A stretch of DNA of 61,085 nucleotides from an uncultured bacterium. Its GTDB lineage: Bacteria; CAZDME01; JAYEMH01. The stretch lies in NCBI GenBank assembly GCA_964506785.1, contig CAZDME010000001.1:1-61085 (forward strand), given 5' to 3'. The notes under the pieces are model-generated. The model did no database searches, was not told where the DNA came from, and worked only from the letters and a program-made list of their open reading frames with translations. The translations under genes were made by a program, and so were the position numbers. Shown here in pieces: positions 44,135 through 52,397 of the stretch (the stretch's first letter is position 1; each line of letters starts with the position of its first letter).

Positions 44135-45367
44135 ATGCCTACTTATAACTACGAAGCGATAAATGAAAAGGGTGGAGAAGTTAAGGGTAAGGTTGAGGCA
44201 GAAAGTCATTTAATTGCCCTGAGCCGTATCCGCAATTTGGGTTATTTCCCTACCCGGGTTGTTAAAGAGAAAGAAAAAAGCAGAAAGTTTTTTAAATTTT
44301 TTTTTCAACTCAACTCAAAATCATTTTTTCAACGGACAAAACGCCAGCATCTGGTTTCTTTTACCAGGCAGCTGGCGACCTTAATCGGAGCCGGGATGCC
44401 GATTCTCAAAAGTTTACAAACACTGGCTGAACAGCCGGGTTTAGGCAACTTTAAAGAAATTATTAATCGCGTCGCTGATGGCGTCGAGCGCGGCCACCCC
44501 CTTTCCGAAGGGTTAGTCCGTTACCCGGGCTTTTTTTCCCGGCTTTATGTAAATATGATTCGGGCCGGAGAAAGCGGAGGGATTTTGGAGAAAATTTTAA
44601 GAAGGCTCGCTGATTTGCTGGAGAATCAGATGAAGCTTCGTGCCCGGGTGAAAAATGCCTTGATTTATCCTTCTTTCATTATTATTGTGGCTGTGGGGAT
44701 CGTAGCCGTTTTATTGACTTTTGTCGTTCCCATTTTCGTCAGTCTTTTTGAGGATTTAGGCGGAGCGCTCCCGCTGCCTACCCGAATTCTTATGGCGGTA
44801 AGCGAGGTGGTCAAACACCAGTGGTATTTTATTATTTTGGCAGTTATCGCTCTGGTATTTCTATTTAAACTGGCAACTCGAACCCCCCGGGGCAGATTCT
44901 TCTTTGATCATTTAAAACTGCGGCTGCCACTTTTTGGCAATCTTTATCGGAGTATCTCCATCACCCGGTTTTCCCGTACTCTTGGCACCTTAATTGCCAG
45001 CGGTGTGCCCATCTTGCAGGCATTAAATATCGTCCGGGAGACGGCTGGCAATGAAGTTATCAGCCAGGCTTTAGCTAATGTCCATGACAGCATCCGCGAA
45101 GGAGAAAATATTACTCAACCGCTTAGAGAATCCGGTGTTTTCCCCGCCTTGGTGGTGAATATGGTCAGAGTAGGAGAAGAATCGGGGACATTGGATGAGA
45201 TGCTTTACCGTATTGCCGATAATTTTGATGAAGAAGTAGATCGCACCGTCGGTAGTCTCACCGCGTTACTGGAGCCATTTTTAATTGTTTTTATGGGCCT
45301 GGTGGTTGGCTTTATCGTTATTTCCATGATTATGCCTTTATTTTCGCTAATTAAGCTGGTAAGTTAA
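44135..45367 (+). CDS. GspF/PilC-family platform protein
   Basis: 410 aa with a duplicated T2SSF domain (RQLATLIGAGMPIL / RTLGTLIASGVPIL). Confidence 0.9.
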   Translation: MPTYNYEAINEKGGEVKGKVEAESHLIALSRIRNLGYFPTRVVKEKEKSRKFFKFFFQLNSKSFFQRTKRQHLVSFTRQLATLIGAGMPILKSLQTLAEQPGLGNFKEIINRVADGVERGHPLSEGLVRYPGFFSRLYVNMIRAGESGGILEKILRRLADLLENQMKLRARVKNALIYPSFIIIVAVGIVAVLLTFVVPIFVSLFEDLGGALPLPTRILMAVSEVVKHQWYFIILAVIALVFLFKLATRTPRGRFFFDHLKLRLPLFGNLYRSISITRFSRTLGTLIASGVPILQALNIVRETAGNEVISQALANVHDSIREGENITQPLRESGVFPALVVNMVRVGEESGTLDEMLYRIADNFDEEVDRTVGSLTALLEPFLIVFMGLVVGFIVISMIMPLFSLIKLVS

Positions 45368-45371
45368 AAAC

Positions 45372-45409
45372 CGTTATTTCGTTATCTCGTTGCTCGTTAT
45401 ATCGTTGCC
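45372..45409 (-). repeat. family-B array, reverse units
   Basis: cgttattt cgttatct cgttgct cgttatat cgttgcc. Confidence 0.88.
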
Positions 45410-45441
45410 CGCTCTCTCGCTGAAAGCAGAAAACCTCATAC

Positions 45442-45470
45442 TTTTATCACACTTACGAAGTGTGATAAAA
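45442..45470. repeat. REP hairpin (dispersed copy; flanks inverted, loop still ACG on the + strand)
   Basis: ttttatcacactt-acg-aagtgtgataaaa. The flanks gaaagcagaaaacctcatac and aggcggaggg are the reverse complement of the flanks at the other copies. Confidence 0.9.
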
Positions 45471-45508
45471 AGGCGGAGGGTTCGTTATATTGGGGAAGGA
45501 AACACATC

Positions 45509-48100
45509 ATGCAATTCGATAAATTTACCCTAAAGTCACAAGAAGCTTTGGCCTTGGCCGAAAAATTGGCCGGGCGTTTTAAACATCAGGAAGTTGATGT
45601 TGAACACCTCTTTTTAGCCCTGCTCGATGAGGCTGAAGGGATTGTTAAGCCGGTTTTAGAGAAATTGGGCGCTAATACAGAAAAGATCCGTCGTCAAGTT
45701 GAAGATGAATTGAAGCGCCGTGGAGAAATCCTGGGGTCGGCTAACCAGATGTACATAGCTTCCCGCTTAAGAGAATTACTTAATCAGGCCGGGAGTCAAG
45801 CGGAGAATCTAAAAGATGAATACCTGAGCACCGAACATCTGCTTTTGGCTATAAGTGAAGATAAAGGTAAAGCCGGAGAAATTCTGCGCCAAGCCGGGGG
45901 AAGCAGGGAAAATATTTTGAAGGCGGTTAAATCTATCCGCGGCCATCAGCAGGTAACGGATCAGAAGCCGGAAGATAAATATCAGGCTCTTTTAAAATAT
46001 GGCCGGGATTTAACCACGTTGGCCCGGCGGGGCAAGCTTGATCCGGTGATTGGCCGCGATGAGGAAATACGCCGGGTGATTCAGGTTCTTTCCCGGCGGA
46101 CAAAAAATAACCCTGTTCTAATCGGTGAGGCCGGTGTGGGCAAAACAGCCATTGCCGAAGGATTGGCCCAGCGGATTGGCCGGGGCGATATACCGGAGTC
46201 GTTGAAGGATAAAAAGATTGTTGCTTTAGACCTGGGTGCTTTGGTGGCCGGGGCTAAATTTCGAGGAGAGTTTGAGGACCGCCTGAAAGCGGTTATCCGG
46301 GAAATTGAAAAGAGCGCCGGGGAAATCATTCTTTTTATTGACGAGTTACATACCTTAGTCGGCGCCGGAGCGGCCGAAGGGGCTATGGATGCCTCTAATA
46401 TGTTGAAGCCAGCTTTGGCCAGAGGAGAACTGCGCTGTATCGGGGCGACTACCTTGGATGAATACCGCAAACATATTGAAAAGGATGCCGCTTTGGAGAG
46501 GCGTTTCCAGCCGATTACCATTACCGAGCCCAGTATCGAGGATACCATTGCTATCCTGCGCGGCTTAAAAGAAAAATATGAGGTTCATCACGGGGTAAGA
46601 ATTCAGGATTCAGCCATAATTGCTGCCGTCAAACTTTCCCAGCGGTATATTACCGACCGCTTTCTGCCGGACAAAGCCATTGATTTAATTGATGAGGCGG
46701 CCTCACGTCTGCGCATTGCCATTGATAGTCTGCCGACGGTTATTGATAAGGTCGAACGGGAAATAACCAGGCTGGGGATTGAAAGAGAAGCTTTAAAAAA
46801 GGAGAAGGATAAGGCCAGCCAGGAGAGGCGGAAATATATCGAGAAGAATCTGGGTAATCTAAAGGAAACAAGCCGGACGATGCGGGCTCAGTGGCAGAAT
46901 GAAAAAGAAACCATCAAGCTTATCCAAGACTACAAAGAAAAGATTGAAGAAAATAAACTTGAAGAAACTAAGGCCGAACGGCGAGGAGATTTAGGTAAAG
47001 CCGCGGAAATCCGTTATGGGATTATCCCGGGATTAGAAAAAAAATTGGCTGAAGCTTTCAAGAAAATTAAAGAGAAGGATACGGCGAGCCGGATGTTAAA
47101 AGAGGAAGTTGACCAGGACGATATTGCCGAAATTGTCGGCAAATGGACAGGCATCCCGGTGACCCGCCTCATGGAGACGGAAAAAGAAAAGCTTGCGCAT
47201 ATGGAAGAAAATTTAAAAAAAAGAGTGGTGGGGCAGGATGAAGCCATTCAGTCTGTTTCCGACGCTGTTAGGCGTTCCCGGGCTGGGTTGCAGGATCCAC
47301 ATCGTCCCCTGGGCTCATTTATCTTCATGGGACCAACCGGAGTAGGAAAAACAGAATTAGCCCGATCTCTGGCCGAATTCCTTTTTGACGATGAGGCCGC
47401 TTTGGTGAGAATAGATATGTCTGAATATATGGAGCGCCATACCGTTGCCCGCCTAATTGGTGCCCCTCCCGGCTACATTGGCTACGAAGAAGGAGGTCAG
47501 TTAACTGAGGTTATCCGCCGGCGTCCTTATTCGGTAGTTCTATTCGATGAAATCGAAAAGGCCCATGAAGACGTAATGAATGTCATGCTGCAGATTTTAG
47601 ACGACGGCCGTTTGACCGACGGACAGGGCCGGGTAGTAAATTTCAAGAATACGGTTATTATTATGACTTCTAATGTGGGAAGTTCCTGGTTATCGAAGGC
47701 CCAGGGAAAAGACGCGGCCATAAATAAAAGAGAACTGCACCGCCGGGTGCTGGAATCCCTGCGGGCCCGTTTCCGCCCGGAATTCCTTAATCGGATTGAT
47801 GAAATTATAATTTTTAACCGCCTGGATATAGAGGGCCTTAAAAAAATCGTTGATATTCAAATGGCCCATTTAGAAAAACGGATGGCTGAGAAAAATATCG
47901 GACTCAAATTAAGCGATAAAGCCAAAAAGAAATTAGCCAAGGAGGGTTTTGACCCTGTCTACGGAGCGCGGCCTTTGCGCCGGTTGATTGAAAAGAGAAT
48001 TCAAACCCCTCTGGCGAAAGAAATTTTATCCGGAAAGATTAAAGAAGGCGACAAAATTAAAGTTGAGCTTGAAGGAGAAAATTTTATTTTTACAGCCTAA
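45509..48100 (+). CDS. clpB: ATP-dependent chaperone ClpB
   Basis: 863 aa. Two AAA+ modules ([18 protein letters not shown]) with a middle coiled-coil domain. Confidence 0.97.
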   Translation: MQFDKFTLKSQEALALAEKLAGRFKHQEVDVEHLFLALLDEAEGIVKPVLEKLGANTEKIRRQVEDELKRRGEILGSANQMYIASRLRELLNQAGSQAENLKDEYLSTEHLLLAISEDKGKAGEILRQAGGSRENILKAVKSIRGHQQVTDQKPEDKYQALLKYGRDLTTLARRGKLDPVIGRDEEIRRVIQVLSRRTKNNPVLIGEAGVGKTAIAEGLAQRIGRGDIPESLKDKKIVALDLGALVAGAKFRGEFEDRLKAVIREIEKSAGEIILFIDELHTLVGAGAAEGAMDASNMLKPALARGELRCIGATTLDEYRKHIEKDAALERRFQPITITEPSIEDTIAILRGLKEKYEVHHGVRIQDSAIIAAVKLSQRYITDRFLPDKAIDLIDEAASRLRIAIDSLPTVIDKVEREITRLGIEREALKKEKDKASQERRKYIEKNLGNLKETSRTMRAQWQNEKETIKLIQDYKEKIEENKLEETKAERRGDLGKAAEIRYGIIPGLEKKLAEAFKKIKEKDTASRMLKEEVDQDDIAEIVGKWTGIPVTRLMETEKEKLAHMEENLKKRVVGQDEAIQSVSDAVRRSRAGLQDPHRPLGSFIFMGPTGVGKTELARSLAEFLFDDEAALVRIDMSEYMERHTVARLIGAPPGYIGYEEGGQLTEVIRRRPYSVVLFDEIEKAHEDVMNVMLQILDDGRLTDGQGRVVNFKNTVIIMTSNVGSSWLSKAQGKDAAINKRELHRRVLESLRARFRPEFLNRIDEIIIFNRLDIEGLKKIVDIQMAHLEKRMAEKNIGLKLSDKAKKKLAKEGFDPVYGARPLRRLIEKRIQTPLAKEILSGKIKEGDKIKVELEGENFIFTA

Positions 48101-48111
48101 GCCGATTTCTA

Positions 48112-48140
48112 TTGACATACTGACAGGGTGTTAGTATAAT
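48112..48140 (+). promoter_or_regulatory. consensus sigma70-type promoter
   Basis: TTGACA (48112-48117), 17-nt spacer, TATAAT (48135-48140). Confidence 0.8.
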
Positions 48141-48177
48141 ACTCGAAGAATCGGAAAATTTAAGGAGGTGATTTAGG

Positions 48178-48480
48178 ATGAGACGTTTATCGTTTATTGT
48201 TTTTGTGCTTATGATGATAGGGATTACTGGCTGCACCATGACTCAGAAGGGTGCGGGTATGGGAACAGCCCTTGGCGCCGGTACCGGAGCAATTATCGGA
48301 CATCAATCAGGGCATGCCGCCGGAGGCGCTTTAATTGGTGGCGCGGTAGGCGGTTTAGGTGGCGCCTTAATTGGGGAATCTCAGGCGACAAAGTTCTGTC
48401 CTGTTTGCGGTGAAAGTTTCCCGGCTGACGTCAAGTACTGTCCTAAATGCGGAGCCGAACTTCAATATAAACAGAAATAA
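48178..48480 (+). CDS. glycine-zipper lipoprotein with C-terminal zinc ribbon
   Basis: 100 aa. Lipobox ITGC, Gly-zipper GAGMGTALGAGTGAIIG...GGAVGGLGGALIG, then CPVCG...CPKCG. Confidence 0.7.
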   Translation: MRRLSFIVFVLMMIGITGCTMTQKGAGMGTALGAGTGAIIGHQSGHAAGGALIGGAVGGLGGALIGESQATKFCPVCGESFPADVKYCPKCGAELQYKQK

Positions 48481-48506
48481 AACGTAAAAAGGAAGGGGGG
48501 ATGTGA

Positions 48507-49079
48507 ATGTCGTATCGATTATCTTTCTGGAAAGCGGTAGTAGTAGCTGCCGTAGTTATGGCTTTTGTCGGCACCAGCCATATTGTTTGGGCAGGGCCAA
48601 AGGGACAAGGTAACAAAGGTTATATGTATATCCGCCACGGGGAAGCCACTGTAAAAGCCCAAAAGAGATTGCGGGAAAAAGCGGCCATAAAGAAAGCTCG
48701 GCAGACAAGAGTAAGGAAACCGAAACCGCCAAAGATGAAATGGGTAAATATCCATTTTGAAACTGGCAAAGCAGATATAACTTCTCCGAATACATTTAAG
48801 CTTAACCGAGCGGCGCGTCTTTTGAAAATTAACGGGCAGAAAAAGGTTCTCATTATCGGTTCAGCCGACAGAAGAGGTTCTGACGAAAGTAATTATGCTC
48901 TCGGTTTAAAACGAGCGAATGCCGCCCAAAAGTATCTCATCAATCTGGGAATTGATGCCGGTAGACTCCAGGTAAAAAGTATTGGTAAAAAAGGAGCCTC
49001 GAAGGATCCCGGATTAGAAGCCCTGGCTCGAGATCGTTGTGCCAGATTCCAGATAATATTAGCCGGAAGAAAGAAGTAA
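48507..49079 (+). CDS. OmpA-family peptidoglycan-binding protein
   Basis: 190 aa with a signal peptide. OmpA_C motifs (GSADRRGSDESNYALGLKRANA). Confidence 0.8.
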   Translation: MSYRLSFWKAVVVAAVVMAFVGTSHIVWAGPKGQGNKGYMYIRHGEATVKAQKRLREKAAIKKARQTRVRKPKPPKMKWVNIHFETGKADITSPNTFKLNRAARLLKINGQKKVLIIGSADRRGSDESNYALGLKRANAAQKYLINLGIDAGRLQVKSIGKKGASKDPGLEALARDRCARFQIILAGRKK

Positions 49080-49205
49080 CCCCGTAGAGAAGATAAACAA
49101 GGAAGCGAATTCTATCAGATATTTTCGGCTTTTTAAGGGAGGGGATGCCTTTTTCTAACGGGAAGAATATGTGGAGTGACGTTTTCTTATAAATAAGCTA
49201 ACAGC

Positions 49206-49239
49206 GAGGGTGTTCCTAAAATGGAGCACCCTCTTTTTT
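49206..49239 (+). terminator. Rho-independent terminator
   Basis: gagggtgttcc-taaaat-ggagcaccctc followed by TTTTTT. Confidence 0.75.
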
Positions 49240-49315
49240 CCGTGTTTGCCAAAGTTTGGCCCCAGGTAGGTTTATTTTCTAAAATTTACGCCGCGCACTA
49301 TAAATTTTTTGAATT

Positions 49316-50323
49316 ATGGTTACCCAAAACAAAATCAAAATTGCCATTACTCTGGTTGTATTAGTCATTCTTGTTGGTACCGCTGGTTTTGTTCTTATTG
49401 AAGGCTGGCAGCCCTTAGATGCTCTTTATATGACCACCATTACTCTTTCTACGGTAGGTTTTAAAGAGGTTAACCAGCTCGGCCCGGCTGGCCGCATTTT
49501 TACTATTTTTCTTATCTTTTCAGGTTTGGGTGTTTTTGTTTTTGGTTTAACCGTGGTTAGTTCATTTATTCTCGAAGGTCATTTAGGCGGATTGGTAAGG
49601 AGGCACAGGATGGAGAGGAAAATTAAAGATATAAATAATCATTTTATTATCTGCGGGATGGGCGAGACAGGCAAGCACGTTTTGGAAGAATTTAAAAAGG
49701 CGCATGTTCCTTTTGTGGTTATCGAAAAAGACAGAGCGCAAATTGAGAAACTTGAAAGTTATCCTGAGGCGATATGTATCGAAGGGGACGCAACCGAGGA
49801 CGAAGTTTTATCAAAAGCCGGTATTGAACGCGCCCAGGGGCTAGTTACTGCCCTTCCTCTGGATACCGATAATTTATTTGTTGTCCTTTCTGCCCGCCAT
49901 ATCAACCCGAACCTGCGTATTGTTGCCCGGGGCACCGACGAAGCCACTCTTTATAAAATGAAAAAAGCCGGAGCTAATAATGTTATCTCCCCCAATACCA
50001 TCGGCGGCTTGCGCATGGCTTCAATCATGCTCCGCCCGACTGTGGTTGCTTTTCTTGACGTAATGTCAAGGGGAGAAAGCGATGTATCCCTGCGGCTGGA
50101 GGAGGTTAAGTTGCCGGCGGGGTCACACCTGGATAAGAAAAGTCTGAATGAGGCAAAAATCCCCCAGGAGACAGGACTAATGATTATTGCCATCAAAAAG
50201 AAGGGGGAACATTCCTTTATTTACAATCCTACTTCAAACACCACTCTTTCCGTCGGTGACACTTTAATTGTTTTAGGAAATCTAGAGCAGGTTGAAAAGA
50301 TTCACCACTATATCGAAAGCTGA
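49316..50323 (+). CDS. two-TM K+-channel-like protein with RCK/TrkA domains
   Basis: 335 aa. Pore region TTITLSTVGFKE. RCK Rossmann motif IICGMGETG plus a TrkA_C domain. Confidence 0.85.
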   Translation: MVTQNKIKIAITLVVLVILVGTAGFVLIEGWQPLDALYMTTITLSTVGFKEVNQLGPAGRIFTIFLIFSGLGVFVFGLTVVSSFILEGHLGGLVRRHRMERKIKDINNHFIICGMGETGKHVLEEFKKAHVPFVVIEKDRAQIEKLESYPEAICIEGDATEDEVLSKAGIERAQGLVTALPLDTDNLFVVLSARHINPNLRIVARGTDEATLYKMKKAGANNVISPNTIGGLRMASIMLRPTVVAFLDVMSRGESDVSLRLEEVKLPAGSHLDKKSLNEAKIPQETGLMIIAIKKKGEHSFIYNPTSNTTLSVGDTLIVLGNLEQVEKIHHYIES

Positions 50324-50366
50324 TAAAGAGGGCCCAAAAAACTTGTGGGCGGGGTTAATTTTTTTC

Positions 50367-50395
50367 TTGCCTAAATTCCCGTCGCATGATAAAAT
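50367..50395 (+). promoter_or_regulatory. sigma70-type promoter with extended -10
   Basis: TTGCCT, 17-nt spacer (ending TGa), TAAAAT. Confidence 0.65.
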
Positions 50396-50425
50396 CGAAA
50401 GTGGAGAAAAAGGAGGTGAGGAAGG

Positions 50426-50575
50426 ATGGCCGAGAAGGTACTGAAGTGCGGAATTAAGAAGAAAGCCGGATATCTCTATTTTATAGATAAAAAAGGTGAT
50501 ATCTCCCGGGCAAAGATGGCTCGAGGCGGACAGAAGAAGAAAAAGAAAGCGAAAAAGAAAAAAAAGAAAAGATAG
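50426..50575 (+). CDS. small lysine-rich protein (49 aa)
   Basis: Below the track cutoff. MAEKVLKCGIKKKAGYLYFIDKKGDISRAKMARGGQKKKKKAKKKKKKR. AGGAGG at 50411-50416. Has its own promoter and terminator. Confidence 0.55.
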   Translation: MAEKVLKCGIKKKAGYLYFIDKKGDISRAKMARGGQKKKKKAKKKKKKR

Positions 50576-50605
50576 ATTTATTATTTCCAGATATGTAAAT
50601 GATAG

Positions 50606-50643
50606 AAATCCCCTACGGTGATTTTGCCGCAGGGGATTTTTTT
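50606..50643 (+). terminator. Rho-independent terminator
   Basis: aaatcccct, 16-nt loop, aggggattt, running into a T-tract. Confidence 0.75.
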
Positions 50644-50652
50644 ATGATTTTT

Positions 50653-50681
50653 TTGACTTTCCGCTTTCTATATGCTATATT
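50653..50681 (+). promoter_or_regulatory. sigma70-type promoter with extended -10 (orphan)
   Basis: TTGACT, 17-nt spacer (ending TGc), TATATT. The 21-nt block 50670-50690 is 19/21 identical to 57218-57238. Confidence 0.6.
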
Positions 50682-50687
50682 TTCTAT

Positions 50688-50809
50688 GGTATTTATATAC
50701 GGCTGGATAAAGGCAAATCCGCCGCAAGGCGGAGACGCAAAGCTACAGATTCTTGCTAAAGGCAAGGAAGTCTGAGTTACCTAGGATATAGGCGATTCAG
50801 CTTTTTTTT
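50688..50809 (+). ncRNA. candidate ~120-nt small RNA (unknown family)
   Basis: Lies between the promoter at 50653-50681 and the stem 50772-50800 plus T8 (50802-50809). Contains a GNRA-capped hairpin ccgcc-gcaa-ggcgg (50719-50732). No convincing ORF. Confidence 0.3.
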
Positions 50810-51099
50810 AATGAGCCCGTGACTTGTGGAGCGATCGCAAACATAAGTTACTGGACGAATTAATCCCCAGCGCTTAGATTTCGAAGAAATCTGCAGGGGG
50901 ATAAATAGACAATTCGATTTGCTTGCCCCCATGAGCTCAGAGTCATAATTCCCCCGGTTTGATTTTTCCCTCCCCTGTTTTTTAAAACTCCTGATAAGAG
51001 AAAATTCTTGCTCTTTACTTTGGGATTTGATAAGATAAGCCACCTGCCAAGGCCCTGATGGCGCTTGATTTGGGAGTGGCTTGACCCGGGAGTAAGATT

Positions 51100-52383
51100 A
51101 TGGCTGATATTATATCCTTTCGCGGGATTTATTTCAAACCCCAAAAAGAAAATAAACTTAAAAATGTTACCTGCCCCCCGTATGACGTGATATCCCCTAA
51201 AAGGCAGGAATATTTTTACCGTCTCCATCCACATAATGTCATTCGGCTCATTTTAGGCAGAAAGAAATCAAGCGACACCAAGGCCATCAATCGTCATAGC
51301 CGGGCGGCTAAATATTTCAAGGACTGGTTAAATACGGGGATTTTGGAAAAAGAAAAAAGTCCCTGTATTTATATTTATCGGCAGAAATACTCTTTTCAAA
51401 ATAAAAGATACTCCCCGGTAGGGTTTATTGCCTTAAGCCGTCTTGAGTCCTGGCGGGAAAAAAAGATTTTGCCTCACGAGGTGATTTTTAGTAAATATAA
51501 AAATGACCGCCTCCAGCTCCTTCGGGCGAGCAAGGCCAACTTTGAATCCATTTTAGCCCTCTATCCCCATTCGGCCCGAATTGAAAAAATCCTCAGGAAG
51601 GGGATAGTTTCCCGCCCTTTTTTAAAGATTATTGATGAAGAAAAGGTGGAACACGCCATTTATCCTCTATCTAGCCTTAAGGAAATCTCGGTGATAAAAA
51701 AGGAGATGAAGAAAAGACCTTTATTTATTGCCGACGGCCATCATCGTTATCAAGCCGCCTTGAATTTCTCCCGGGAGGTAAACCGCTCTAAATCGCCCCC
51801 TAAATATAAAAAGGCCGATTATCTCATGGTTACCTTTATGGATATGGAAAGAAGCAAGCTGACTATTTTCCCCACTCATCGGATAGTTTCTAAACTCCCC
51901 CGTTTTTCGTCGAAAAGATTCTTGGATAGTTTGCGGCCGTATTTCCAGGTCGAAAAGGTTTCCTCGAAGATTTTTTACCAGCAGTTAAAGAAAGAAGCCG
52001 GGGGACAAACTGCCTTTGGCCTTTTTCTGGGGGGGGATAATTATTTTCTTATTAAACTAAAAACCCGTTTGGATTTAAAACGATTGATTAAAGAGAAAAA
52101 ATCAACGGCCTGGAAAAAACTCGATGTGGCCATTTTGCATAAGTTAATCTTCGATAAGGTGTTGAAGGGGCGGGCAAATAATTACCTTTCTTATACCCGC
52201 AGCGCCAAAGAAGCCGAGAGAAAGGTAAAAACCGGGCAGGCAAAAATGGCTTTTTTCCTTAATCCGACAAAAATCGAAGATATTCAATCTATTGCCTCTC
52301 GCGGGGAACGAATGCCGCCCAAATCCACTTATTTTTACCCCAAGCTTCGTTCCGGCTTGATAATGAGAGAAATCGACGGCTAA
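51100..52383 (+). CDS. DUF1015 family protein
   Basis: 427 aa. N-terminus MADIISFRGIYFKP...PPYDVIS and ADGHHRY, typical of DUF1015/COG4198. Confidence 0.85.
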   Translation: MADIISFRGIYFKPQKENKLKNVTCPPYDVISPKRQEYFYRLHPHNVIRLILGRKKSSDTKAINRHSRAAKYFKDWLNTGILEKEKSPCIYIYRQKYSFQNKRYSPVGFIALSRLESWREKKILPHEVIFSKYKNDRLQLLRASKANFESILALYPHSARIEKILRKGIVSRPFLKIIDEEKVEHAIYPLSSLKEISVIKKEMKKRPLFIADGHHRYQAALNFSREVNRSKSPPKYKKADYLMVTFMDMERSKLTIFPTHRIVSKLPRFSSKRFLDSLRPYFQVEKVSSKIFYQQLKKEAGGQTAFGLFLGGDNYFLIKLKTRLDLKRLIKEKKSTAWKKLDVAILHKLIFDKVLKGRANNYLSYTRSAKEAERKVKTGQAKMAFFLNPTKIEDIQSIASRGERMPPKSTYFYPKLRSGLIMREIDG

Positions 52384-52397
52384 AAAGGAGTCCAAGC

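Noticed and set aside
50831-50838. HIP1 octamer GCGATCGC together with STRR-like heptamers as evidence for a cyanobacterium.
   Set aside because: I noticed only a single occurrence, and no photosynthesis-related genes are present. This is insufficient for any taxonomic inference.
50688-51099. Known housekeeping RNAs (RNase P RNA, tmRNA, SRP/4.5S RNA, 6S) in the long non-coding stretch.
   Set aside because: I looked on both strands for GAGGAAAGTCCGGGC, GGTTCGA(A/T)TCC with CCA, and the SRP motif GGTCCGGAAGGAAGCAGCC, and found none. There are only vague similarities (aaggaagtctgag; ccaaggccctgatggcg). A covariance-model scan is still needed.
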